Assembly: GCA_026770705.1 (NCBI GenBank)
Contig: JANJGN010000018.1
Span: 95,232,001-95,296,000 of the forward strand
DNA: 64,000 nucleotides
From: Isurus oxyrinchus
Lineage: Eukaryota
Reading direction: 5' to 3'
The notes below the pieces were generated by a model. That model made no database searches and was not told where the DNA came from. It was given only the letters and a program-made list of their open reading frames with translations. The position numbers were made by a program, and so were the translations under genes. Every line of letters starts with the position of its first letter. The first letter of the stretch is position 1. Shown here piece after piece: positions 49,967 to 60,865 of the stretch.

Positions 49967-50925
49967 CCCTTCTCAACATTCGTTGCTCCAAGGGAAACAA
50001 CCCCAGCCTATCCAATCTTTCCTAATAGCTCAGACCCTCCAGCCCAGGCAGCATCCTGGTACATCTCCTCTGCACCCTCTCCAGTGCAATCACATCCTTC
50101 CTGTAATGTGGTGACTAGAACTGCACACAGTTGTGGCCTAACCAGTGTTTTATACAGTTCCAGCATATTCTCCCTGCTCTCGTATTCTATGCCTCGACTA
50201 ATAAAGGGAAGTATCGAATATGCCTTCTTAACCACCTTATCCACGTGCCCTGCTACCTTCAGGGATGTATGGGTATGAACACCAAGGTCCCTCTGATCTT
50301 CAGTACTTTCTAGTGTCCTACCATTCATAGTGTAATCCCTTGCCTTGTCAGCCGTCCCGAAATGCATTACCTCAATTTTTTCTGTGTTGCATTCCATTTG
50401 CCACTGCTTTGCCCACCTGACCAGTCCATTGATATCTTCCTGCAGTTTATGGCCATCATCCTCACTATTAACTGCCCTACCAATTTTCGTGTTATCTGCG
50501 TACTTCTTGATCATACCCCCTACATTTAAGTCCATATCATTTATCTACACCACAAACAGCAAGGGCTCAGCACCAAGCCCTTCGGAACCCCCTGGAAACA
50601 GACTTCCAGTCACAGAAACATCCCTCTACCATCATCCTCTGTTTCCTGCCTCTCAGCCAATTTTGCATCCAACATTCCACTTTGCCTTGGATCCCATGGG
50701 CTCTTACTTTCTTGACCAGTCTGCCATGAGGGACCTTATCAAAAGCCTTGCTAAAGTCCATGTAGACCTCATCAAATGCATTACCCTCATTACTACTCCT
50801 GATTACCTTCTCAAAAAATGTAATTAAATTTGTCAAACACAATCTTCCCTTAACAGATCCTTGCTGACCAGCCTTGATTGATCCGTGTCTCTCCAAGTGC
50901 AGATATATTCTGTCCCTCAGGGTTC
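49967..50925 (-). mobile_element. CR1 RT fragment (5' continuation of 45190-45575)
   Basis: ORF 50567-50938 YMDFSKAFDKVPHGRLV; ORF 50008-50535 KYADNTKIG...LYKTLVRPQL. Confidence 0.9.
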
Positions 50926-50929
50926 TCCC

Positions 50930-51555
50930 CTTTACCAACAGAGATTTGTCTTGGAGGATGTTGCATACAACAGTCTCAGGTTAAGATGGTTCACAGACTT
51001 GAAGTGGACCTGTATTTTCTGCAGCCTTGAGGAGTCCATGTTCCATGTACATGTAGATTGTGTGAGGTTGCATGGGACTGCTATTCAACTATTTGAGGGG
51101 GCTGGTTCTCAAATTTTGGCTGCGTTTCAGCCCCATGCTCCAGATCTTTGGCCACCTGGTGTAGGAGTGGTGGGGGAGGGAGTGGTGCAGGAAGGGCAGA
51201 ATACCTCCTTGTTAGCCTGTTCCCAGGACAGTCCAAAGTGGCCAACAACAGATCAGGCAGTGGGCCATGGAGCGGGTTGTTACACCCCATGGTTTGCCCC
51301 AATTCTGCAGCTACATTTGTGCCCGGGTGTCCCTGGAGAGAGAGCCTGTGGTGTCGACTGGTATGCTTGAAGCCTTCCATGACCAGTGGCCACTGCAAGG
51401 CTGGAGTGCATCATCAGCCCCCAAAATGACATTTTAATTTGATTTAAGTTTCCTTTCAGAGTTTGTTTTTTTGTTACAGTGCCCCTTTAAGGGGCTGTCA
51501 CCTTTGTTAATTTGTTAATTAGTTTAATTTACTTGTTTATGCTTTTGCAAAAGGG
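50930..51555 (+). mobile_element. Tx1/L1-clade LINE 3' fragment
   Basis: ORF 50885-51370 contains CIFCSLEESMFHVHVDC, a C-terminal CCHC knuckle typical of L1/Tx1 ORF2, followed by a T-rich 3'UTR; 12-bp duplication catataaagaga at 45164-45175 and 51556-51567 brackets the insertion block. Confidence 0.7.
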
Positions 51556-51686
51556 CATATAAAGAGACACTGAGTGTGGGTTAGGCAGAAGGCAGACATT
51601 TGTAATGTTGCATTATGTTAAAAAATCTAATATTAAGTAAAAAATTGGTGTTTGGTTTCCCACTTTAGGATGTCACAAGTTTAACA
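51556..51686 (+). repeat. Copia 5' LTR, right part
   Basis: ttaagtaaaaaattggtgtttggtttcc...tgtcacaagtttaaca matches ttaagtaaaagattggtgtctggtttcc...tgtcacaagtttaaca (60428-60487). Confidence 0.9.
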
Positions 51687-51702
51687 TAGTAGCAGAGAAT
51701 TG
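51687..51702 (+). promoter_or_regulatory. Primer-binding site complementary to initiator tRNA-Met 3' end
   Basis: tagtagcagagaattg versus TGGTAGCAGAGGATGG: 13 of 16 positions match, directly after the LTR terminal CA. Confidence 0.8.
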
Positions 51703-51793
51703 TTACCTAAAGGTGAAAGTTGGAAACAATATTTTTTAAACAAAAAAAAAATTTTTGAACAGAATATTGTATTCTGAATTACTTCTGTGAAGA

Positions 51794-52460
51794 ATGGCTG
51801 AAGGCAAGTGCAAATTATCAAGGGATGATTACCCATCAATTTTCTCCAATTCTGAACATTTTGATTAGTGGAAAAGTGAAGTGGATATGTGGATACGGTT
51901 TATGTCCATACCAAAGAGAAAACAAGGTATGGTCTTAATTGGCATTGTCACTTCCTAACAGAAGTGAAATTAGAAGCATTTTGTGAGCTGGATACCCATC
52001 TGTTGGATACTGACAAAGATTTGGGTCTTCTATTAAGCTTCACGGATGAAATTTACAAGAAAGACCTACAAGGCATGGACAGACTTTGATAGATTTCGAG
52101 AGGTGGATGGACAGTCATTCCATTGATAAATATAACGTGGACTTTAACAGACTGTATAAAAGATTGCAGAAATTCAATTTGGAGATTCTTTATTCAGTGC
52201 CCACTCTTAAATTGCTGGATTGTGCTACAGATGTCACATATGGATAGGTTCCTGGTCTTAACTGGCATTTGGTTCTCAGAAAAAGGCATCCTTTTGGATC
52301 AAATGTCTGCTGCTTTAAAAAAAGTCCTGGGGAAGCAGTCATTTCCAGCAGCCTTGATGGAGCAAATGGACAATCCATGGTGTCACAAAGAATGGAGGAC
52401 TCAATGATTATGGCCTTTTGAGCTTGTTCAAATACAATGTGCTGCGACAGTATAACAGAA
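51794..52460 (+). pseudogene. Copia gag remnant
   Basis: ATG at 51794: MAEGKCKLSRDDYPSIFSNSEHFD*WKSEVDMWIR...; later LLDQMSAALKKVLG; lies right after the PBS. Confidence 0.7.
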
Positions 52461-52464
52461 GAAG

Positions 52465-52600
52465 GGGGAGCTGGTGGCATAGTGGTAATATCACTGGACT
52501 AGTAATCGAGAGGCCCAGGCTAATACTCTGGAGATATGGATTCAAATTCCACCATGGCAGCTGGTGGAATATAATTCAATTAAAAAGTCTATAAAGCTAG
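52465..52600 (+). mobile_element. tRNA-derived SINE 5' half
   Basis: A box tggcatagtgg, B box gattcaaattcc; truncated where the Gypsy LTR starts. Confidence 0.75.
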
Positions 52601-55080
52601 TGTCCTGCCAAGAAAGCAGGCAGAAGGAAAAAACTAAAAGAAATTTGTTTCTCTTCCATATTCTCCTGTTTAAATTCTGTATTTTTTAAATGGACAAATG
52701 GTTGGACTGTTGAAATGGTCACCACTGACCACATGATGGTATTTCTGGAAATTTCTGAGCACTTTAAAAATGGACATCAAACCACTGCAATGTAAAATTC
52801 CTTGCATTGTATAAACATTCCAGCCAAGCCAACACAAAGAATAGTAAATGAGACATCTACACCAGCCAGCTATGGTCAAAGGCAGAGCTATTTGTGTCAC
52901 CTCATCTCCAAAGTTGTACTAATGATTCTACAGTTACCTGCTCAAAACACAATGGGCTTTAACAAGGGCCTCATTAGCTGAACAGCTCCACCCAAAACTG
53001 TCAGATGACCCAGACTTGAGCTGTTTACATTTCTTTAAATATACAGTTTTTGGAATTTATCTTCAGCCACTGTTTAACCTCAGAAGGCTAGTAGCCTGCC
53101 TCTGTCTGCCATTTACCACTTAACAGAGCAGCTGTGGAACTAGTGCTCTGTCCAGGTTTTAAATTACCTGGCTTTCATCTACACTGTGTACTACTGGAAC
53201 ATCTGAACTTCTGTATCTGTGCCTAGAAGACTAATTCATCTCCACGTGTCTCCTTCCATCATGCAAGTCATCGCTTCTGGATAAGCGGATCACCCTGCAA
53301 CAGTTTCAGCCTGCTAACCCTTGAAGGAATGCACCACTGGACTTTTTGATTCTGGACTCTGGATGAAACCAAAATTCTTATTTTTATCCTGGTCTTTGTC
53401 CTGAATCCATTTCTTTCCCTTATCCCTCTTTTATTGTATGAATGCATAAAGGGTTAGATGTTTCCATGTTTTGCGTGTGTGTAAAATAAACTACTCCTCT
53501 TATTTTACCTTATTGCGAGCTTGCTGTGGGTTTATGAGTAGAGAATTCAGTCACTCTAAAACTGAAGGGTTAGGGGAAAATGCACCCCCACTTACAAAGG
53601 GGGAAATCTGTTTACGGACAGGTAGTGAGTAGAGAAATCAGGGCTGTTCTAAATTAAACCCCCTCCTGTCCAATACAGAAATTGAGAGCTCAAGTCCGAC
53701 AAAAACATAATTTGAATTTGACCGGAGTTCAAGTTAAGAGACAAGCCAAGTTAGAGATAAGAATCAATTGGAAGCCAGAAGAGTGAAACTTGGTGGCTGG
53801 AACAAATCTAAAAACACAAGTAACTTACCACAGCAAATTCCTTTTCCCTAACATTTAGAAAATGGCAAAACTTGATGCCCAGATGTTTGTTCAGCAAAGG
53901 AATTTAATTGGTGAATCTTTGGCAGCCCTTAGCACAGAACAATTGAAAGCCATAGCTAGGAAGTACACTTAAAATTGCCCAGCAAGATCAAACAAAGTGA
54001 ACTGATCCAGGCATTGGTAAAACGTTTGGATCTCATGTTAACAATGGAGCAGTTAGATGAAGAGCTTAATCATGACTCCAAATCCCCTCCCCTAGCTAAT
54101 TTTGAGCTGGAAAAGCTTAAATTGCAGCTAGAATTTCAGCAGAGGGAAAGAGAGAGAGGGTGGGAAGAGCGCCAAGGGAACAAGAAAAGGAAAGAGAATT
54201 CTAGCTCCAAAAATTGAAAATGGAGCTAGCAGGTCAAAGGAAGAGAGAGAGAGAGCAGACAGCTAGCTACTGAAAGGAAATCTCTCTCTCTACCCAGTAG
54301 CACCCATTCTCCCCCTAACTCTGAGGCCCTCAAGTATGTGAGATTCATTCCCAAATTTGAAGAGAGTGATGTGGAGTCATTTTTTACCACCTTTGAGAAA
54401 ATGTCCCTCAGAGATCTGGACATTTTTAATTCAAGGGCAGCTATCAGGGAGAGCCCAAGAGGTCTACTTCATGCTGCCTTCTGATGCGTCTGTGAATTAT
54501 TACAAGACTAAGGCTGCCATCTGAAGTGCCTATGAGTAAGAAGCCAGCCCAAACCTACATCAAGTTTGAACGGCTGAAACAACAGATAAGATCCTTAAAA
54601 ATCCCATGCACCAATAAGGGTACTGTTGGAGGAATTCATAAATTGCATACCCTCCAACCCGCAAACACACCTAGTGGAGCAGAGAATTCTCACAGCCAGA
54701 GGAGCAGGAGTCACAAGAGACAGCTACGACCTCACCCATAGGCCTGGAAAACTCAAGTAGGTACTTTACAAAGTATTCCCATGAATTTTGGAAAGATAAG
54801 CGGGGCAACTTAAATAGGAAAGGGCCCCAACCCAGAAAAAAAGAACTCAAAAAAGGGTGTCAGAAGCCCCAAGACAGCCCAAAAGGAGAACTCCCACAGG
54901 CTGGTGTGTTCTCATTGCAACAAAATAGGCCATTCCAGAGCTGAATGCTGGAGATTGTGAAGCAAGCCAGTTGGCCTAGTAGGGCCTCACATGAGTAGTC
55001 CCCCCGAAGAATGCCCCGTTGGGTAGTGCAGTAGAGCCTCTTGCTACAGAAAGCTATCCTTTGGAGGGCATGGCAGATCT
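52601..55080 (+). mobile_element. Ty3/Gypsy (Gmr1-like) fragment: 5' LTR plus gag
   Basis: LTR-like TG...ACA 52601-53677 with aataaa (~53486); degenerate tRNA-Pro-like PBS attgagagctcaagtccg (53681-53698); gag motifs ELEKLKLQLEFQQRERE, IPKFEESDVESFFTTFEK, LSGRAQEVY and knuckle CSHCNKIGHSRAECW (~54907-54951). Truncated before pol. Confidence 0.75.
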
Positions 55081-55119
55081 GCATGTCACAGCAGGTGACA
55101 GGATTGGACTAGCAATAAT

Positions 55120-55615
55120 AAACAAATGAAACCCACAAATGGCTGGGGAACAGTTAACAGGTGCTTCAGATGTGCCTTAGAAACTGCTCAAAGTGGAACT
55201 GTGGGGTTTTCGAAGCAATGCATAACACAGAGAATTCAGAAGATGATGATATTGATCAGCCTGAGGGAAATGTATGAGTCACAAGAAGCTTTAGCCTGGT
55301 AATGAGGGTATTAGTTGTGGACTCATTTAATTGTACCATGTTAGATAGTGGTTGTACCTCGGCAGTGTGTGGAACACATTGTTTAAAATGTTATTTCGAT
55401 TTACTCAGTAGTAAGCATTGAAACAAGATCAGAGAGTATGAAAATTCTACTTTTTTCAGGAACAGGGATGACAACATATTGAGGTCCCTAAAAAAAGTGG
55501 TGATTCCATGCAAAATAGCCAGAGTAAGCCACTTTATCAGTGCTGAATTAGTCTGCAGTGAGATATTCTTGCTGCTGAGCCAGCCTTATGAAAAAGACAT
55601 AAATGATAATGGACT
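55120..55615 (+). pseudogene. Copia gag end and aspartic protease remnant
   Basis: GTVNRCFRC (truncated knuckle), then MLDSGCTSAVCG at 55338-55373 and KVVIPCKIA. Confidence 0.75.
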
Positions 55616-55617
55616 TG

Positions 55618-55680
55618 TGTGAGAATGGATGTTTTTTAAAAATATTTTTGGGAAATATTATGTTATTCTATGAGGAAGGC

Positions 55681-55720
<40 letters not shown>

Positions 55721-56677
55721 ATTTGATTAAGTTGGGGAAAGGTTACAAGAGAAAGGTTGTCTGGAGGGTTTAAGACATAAAAAGATAGAAGTGTTAGGTT
55801 TGTGCATTTGTAATGAGATACTATAGTGATTTGAGGTACAAGTAAATAGGTTGGATCTAACATTTGCATTTTTAGATAAGTTGAGAGTTCAGTTGAATAT
55901 CAAAGGGAAGTCAGAGGTTACAAGAAACTATTTAGCATGTTACAGGAGTTCCATGGCTTAATAGAAGAGAGTATATTACATTTTATTGATCCTAAAAAAG
56001 AAACAAAATAGAACAATGAAGGATTTTATATTTGGCAGGATTTGAGTTTCAAAGAGGTGTGAGAACAATGGAACCTGAGATGAAAGGGCGGGTAAAGGTA
56101 CTTTAGAGTTACTGTGGAGAGCTTAGTCGTTAGCTCTTGGCTATGTACGGAAGAGATCCAGGAAACAGCTTTAGGCTGGGAGAAGATGCAGTTTGAATCA
56201 GCCACCCAGTCAAGCTAGAAATGTCTTGGGCTGCAAAAAGCAGTCTTGTTCTGAAGTCTTGGATTTCCACAGCAGAATGGAAGAGAGTTTAAGAGGTCAT
56301 GTGGTATGCCTTTATTAAAGCTACAGCAGTTTGCCTTGGTAATATTATTGGATTTTTATAGTGAAACATCTATAAAAGAGTATTGCTTGAAAGGTGTTTA
56401 CTTGTGGGTCTCACCAGGTAGGGAGTATTTTGGGGGAATGTTTTGTAAGACTAATTTTAACTATGTAACTGTAATCTTGTGTACTTAAGCTTTATATTCT
56501 TCTTGTTAATTAAACTTTTACTTTTAATTTTTAAAATCACAGAAGTGTCACTGGACTCTTGCTGCTGAGATCAGTATGTTTTCTTCTCATTTTCAGAATA
56601 CAAAAAAGAAAGGTATGGCCCAGAAACCAAGTTTCCCTTAGTTTACTCAGCAATTAACATCTGCTATGGTCAAAACA
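55618..56677 (+). mobile_element. Putative solo LTR inserted in copia pol
   Basis: Non-coding 1.06 kb block interrupting the protease region; TG...ACA termini; imperfect 4-bp flanks cttg/catt; tataaaa (~56371) and attaaa (~56509). Confidence 0.55.
55683..55715. repeat. (TG)n microsatellite
   Basis: Direct read. Confidence 0.95.
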
Positions 56678-56740
56678 CATTAAGCATGGAAAAACAATTG
56701 TTTTTGGAAAGTCAATGGGTCTGCAGCTTACCCAGATGGG

Positions 56741-56967
56741 AGCTTGGCTTAAATAGCCAAGTGGTTATGATACTGGGTTTGTAACCCCAAGATCAAGAGT
56801 TCAAATCTCACAATGGCAAAACTATGAAACAATGTAACTTCATCTGAAACAGATGGAAATGGGTTTGTACTTGAAAAAGTATCAAGAGTTCAAATCTCAT
56901 AATGGCAAACTATGAAACAATGTAACTTCATCTGAAACAGATGGAAACGGGTTTGTACTCGAAAGAG
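56741..56967 (+). mobile_element. Young tRNA-Thr(UGU)-derived SINE with tandemly duplicated 3' part
   Basis: TSD ttacccagatggg (56728-56740 and 56968-56980); A box tagccaagtgg, anticodon loop tttgtaa, B box gagttcaaatc; ~89-bp duplicated unit 56792-56880 / 56881-56968. Confidence 0.8.
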
Positions 56968-56980
56968 TTACCCAGATGGG

Positions 56981-59900
56981 GCACTTATTGCATACCCTGA
57001 ACAAAACCTAATGTTTCTAATCAGAATGTTAAAGAAGTGTCAATGGCATCAGGTGATAAGAATCAGAGGGGGAAAAAAAAACAAATTGTCTTTAAATTAC
57101 ACTCTCCCTTCTTGTTCCAAATTAAACATCCTACTAAAGGATGCAGGTGTGGTTGGTGATGAGTATACAAGGCTCCTCAAAGAAATTAGTGCAAGATGTG
57201 AAATTTGTAAAAAGTATTGGATGATGCTGCCACATCCCATTTAAGTCTTCCATTTTCATGAGACTTTAATCAAGTAGTAGCCATTGTTTAAAAAGGTGTG
57301 GGACAAACATGGAAAGATTTTTCTTTTACACATTGTAGACATGGCAACCAGATTCAGTCTTTCTGCAGTAATACATGGTAAGGACAAAAGGGTGATTGTA
57401 CATAAAGTCATGGGAAAATGGATAGGGACTGGATTTGGTTCACTGGCTAAATTTCTGACTAACAATGGGGGAGGGGGGCGTAGTTTGCTAATGACATGTT
57501 TAGCAACATGTAAAAATATGAACTTATGGTCATGAACACTGCAGCTGAAAGCCCTTTCAGCAATGGATTCTGTGAAAGAAATCACACAGTGATCAATGAG
57601 ATGCTCCATAAGATCTTATATGATCAACCAAACTGCAAGATAATGACTGCCATAGCATGGGCAGTCCATGCAAAGAATTTGCTTCAGATGGTTGGGGGTT
57701 GGGGGGTGGGGTGGGTGATGGGCAGTGGCATTATAGACCTTATCAGTTGGTCTCTGGACTCCCAAATTACCTTCTGTGCAGTGTGATAGTCCCCCTGCCC
57801 TAGCAGGGATCACAATTTTTTCTGCTCACTTGAATGCTTTATGTGCAGACAGAAGGGGATTCATCAGGGCTAAAGTCTCAGAGAAAATTCAGAGACATCT
57901 ATGGCATCGTATAAGACCTTCTGAAATAAACTTAAATCCTGGGGTTTGGTATAGTGTAAAAGAGGGGGCCATGAACAGTGGAAAGGTCCGGCTAAGGTGA
58001 TAGGGTGCGATGCTAAGACAGTAGTTCTCCAACATGGTAGTCAAACTATTAGGTTCCATTCATTATGGTCAACTGGGATTTATTACAAACTTTCAGAATC
58101 TGAGCAGTTAATAGAAGGCAATAATGGACCCTGTACCTCCATATACTCATGTGTTTGACAGTTAAGAGGACCAGAATATGGTATGTCTAGTGCCAGATGG
58201 CGATAGGCAGAATGATGCACAAGACGGGGCCATCACATCCAAAGGACAACTGCCTGGATGTGATGTACATACCAGAAGGGAACAGTGAATGGAGGGATGC
58301 CACTATTGTACGAGGACCAGGGTAAGCTACCAGCAAGTTCAAACATTGGCTTAATGTCCAAGATGATGGCCATGAAGTAAGGTCTTATCAACTGCAGCAT
58401 GGGGGAAAGAGTAGAAAGCAAGAAAATGAAATGCAAGTCCCCATAGTGGATCTGGGAGTGCCTCATGCACTAGAAAATGATCACATACCAGCGATAGAAC
58501 GTCTGATCATGGGAGGGAGAAATCCTGCATTAGTAATCTAGAAAGACATTGAATTGCATGTAGAGGCCATAGCTGATGAGATTATGTAATAGAACAAGGA
58601 CTACAGAACAATCTAGAAGTGCTACCAGAAGTAGAAGCCCTTATGATCAGAAAGTTTTGGTGGCTGCCAACAAATTAGAAGCTAAATTAATAAGAAAGGC
58701 AAAACAAAAATATTTAGATAGTTGGAAGGAATTTGGTGTCTACTCTGAAGTGTTAGTTTGGGGACAGCCAGCCTCATCACATAGATGGATTCGAATGGAA
58801 AAAGTTCTCCCAGATGAGTCTTATAAGAGCAAAGCCATAGTGGCTCAGGGTTTTGAAGACCTACTTGGAGATCAAGAAATTAAAGTGGACGAGCCTACAG
58901 TGGGAAAAGTAAGCCTGAAAATTTTCTTGGCTCTGTTGGCCACATATTTGTAGGAACGTAGGTCAATGATAAAAAAGCTACATTTTTCAGGGAGAAAAAT
59001 TTCAGAGAGAAATATGTTTGAAACAGATTAAAGATGCAAACGATGTAAAAGGGAAGCTATGGAAATTAAACAAATACATATATCGATTGAATGATGCATC
59101 AAGAGTATTTCTTTGTTAGATCTGTCTTGCTGAAAGTAGGCTGCACTCAACTGAAAGCAGATCCAGCAATGCTCTCTGGTACCACAAAGGGAAACTCTCA
59201 GGCATCTTCATGATGGATGTTGATGATTTTCAATGGGGAAGTTCTGTGGAATTTAAGCAATTTGTTATAAATAAGATTGAAGGGGAATTTAGGATTGGAA
59301 GCCAGGCTTTGTGGCCTTAAATATTTAGATCTAGACATTAAACAGAATAGGACTTGAGTAACCTTGAACCAACAACCTTATCTAGTTTTCCAATAAATTG
59401 TGCTTTGTCATCACAGACAGATAATGTTACATATAAAGAAGAAACAGAACCAGTTACGAAGTTTGATTGCACAGTTAAATTGGCTATGCACTCAGACCAA
59501 GACCGAATGCTAGTTTCGATGTATTGGAACTAACTCCTGTGACGAAACATGCTACAGTGGAGGATTTTTTAAGGGCAAATAAAACATTGGAAAATTTAAA
59601 TATGGAGAAATGTGTATTCAGGTTTCCAGCCTTCGGAGACCTGAAGGGCATGAAATTCATCAATTTAGTGATTCTTCTCATGCCAATCTTCTGGATTGGC
59701 ATTCGAGTACAGCTGGTTTCAAAATATTCTCAGTGAGTGAAAATGAAAAATGTTGCCCCTTGGCCTGGGAAGCTAAGAAAACAAAAATGGTGGCTCAAAG
59801 TACGTTAGCTGCAGAAACGCTGGCTCTTGTTGAAGCAATAGAGAGGGGGTTTTACTTGTCAAATATTTTAGGGGAAATGCTATACAGGGGCATTCTGAGA

Positions 59901-60150
59901 ATAGTTTTCCTATTGAATGTTATAAAGATAATTGTTCCCTGTGGGATACGTACATTATGACAAAATGTGTGACTGAAAAAGAAGGTTAAGAATTGACTTT
60001 GCAAATGTGAAAGAGATGCTAGAAAGAAAAGAAATCTTCAAGATCAAATTGGTTGATGCAAGTCATCAAATTGGTGGATTGCTTTACAAAAAGGAATGCT
60101 TGCAGAAAGAGATTGTGGCAGGTCCTTGGAGAAGGAGGTCTTGCATTATG
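56981..60150 (+). pseudogene. Copia pol remnant: integrase, reverse transcriptase, RNase H
   Basis: IN: CEIC, LHIVDMATRFS, FLTNNGG (from DNGGEF), TAAESPFSNGFCERNH. RT: KAIVAQGFED, LWKLNKYIYRLNDASR (59057-59104), MDVDDF (~59213-59230). RH: FSDSSHANL, QSTLAAETLALVEAIE, RLRIDFANVKEML, LVDCFTK. Confidence 0.9.
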
Positions 60151-60247
60151 TTGTGGTGTACAAAATATGGAAGATCATTTTTCTTTCCCCTTCCCTTTTC
60201 TTACATTTGTTTTGAAATATTGTTTGTGTGTTATGAAGTTTTGATTT

Positions 60248-60261
60248 AAAGAAGGGGGGAA
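60248..60261 (+). promoter_or_regulatory. Polypurine tract of the copia element
   Basis: aaagaaggggggaa, 2 nt upstream of the 3' LTR. Confidence 0.85.
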
Positions 60262-60263
60262 TC

Positions 60264-60487
60264 TGTTAATTGTATTTTAATTGTATTATTAAAGCTAAGG
60301 TTATATAGGCATTGATTGGTTAAATATGTATAAAAATGGTTTCATAAAAAGAGACTTCTGGGATGCTGTGTGTTGGTAAGGGAAGACCAGCAATTTGTAA
60401 TTTTGCATTCTGTAAATAAATCTATTGTTAAGTAAAAGATTGGTGTCTGGTTTCCTACTTCACCATCTGGCTGTCACAAGTTTAACA
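60264..60487 (+). repeat. Copia 3' LTR (224 bp, uninterrupted)
   Basis: TGTTAA...TTAACA 6-bp terminal inverted repeat; aataaa at ~60415; homologous to the split 5' LTR. Confidence 0.9.
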
Positions 60488-60865
60488 TGCAGCTTCAATA
60501 GCACTCAGGAAGCTTGACACCATCCCGGCCAAAGCAGCCCACTTAATCTGCATCTCATTCGCCAACATGTTCATTTCCTTTATCACTGGTGCACGGTGGC
60601 TGCAGTGTGTACCATTGGCAAGATGCACTGCAGCAATTTGCCATGGCTTCTTTGATACCACCTCCCAAAATCTATGATTTTTACCACATAGGAGGACAAG
60701 GGAAGCAAGCACTTGGAAACATCACCACCCTTAGGTTCCCCTTCAAGTTACACACCATCCTGGCTGAAAATATATCTTCATTCCTTCATCATCGCGAGGT
60801 CAAACTCTTGAAATTCTCTACAACAGCACAGTGAAAGTACCTTTACCACACAGACTGCAGTGGTC
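60488..60865 (+). mobile_element. Host LINE 3' fragment (continuation of 45048-45084)
   Basis: Joining gctggaatattctccacttaactagatgagTGCAG to cttcaatagcactcaggaagcttgacaccatc restores LEYSPLN*MSAASIALRKLDTI, matching VEFSPLAWMSAASTTLKKFDTI at 8925-9143. Confidence 0.85.

Larger units (their letters stand above)
45085..60487 (+). mobile_element. Decayed full-span Ty1/copia LTR retrotransposon, GalEa-like, with nested insertions
   Basis: TGTTAA...TTAACA termini; TSD TGCAG at 45080-45084 and 60488-60492; PBS 51687-51702; PPT 60248-60261; domain order gag, protease (LDSGCTSAVCG, 55341), integrase (57011-58000), RT, RNase H. Confidence 0.9.

Noticed and set aside
47235-50827. Long antisense ORFs overlapping the CR1 copies (e.g. 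48777-49205 -, 50345-50827 +)
   Set aside because: Shadow frames opposite RT coding sequence; no independent evidence of function.
56746-56818. tRNA-Thr gene
   Set aside because: Acceptor and anticodon stems pair poorly, and it lies within a TSD-flanked insertion with an unrelated tail; it is a SINE head.
56792-56968. CRISPR-like or satellite array
   Set aside because: Only two adjacent ~89-bp units with no spacers, in vertebrate DNA; a local duplication within a SINE.
57011-60249. Domesticated or functional integrase/RT gene
   Set aside because: Many stops and frameshifts, catalytic motifs altered (DNG to NNG); a decayed element.
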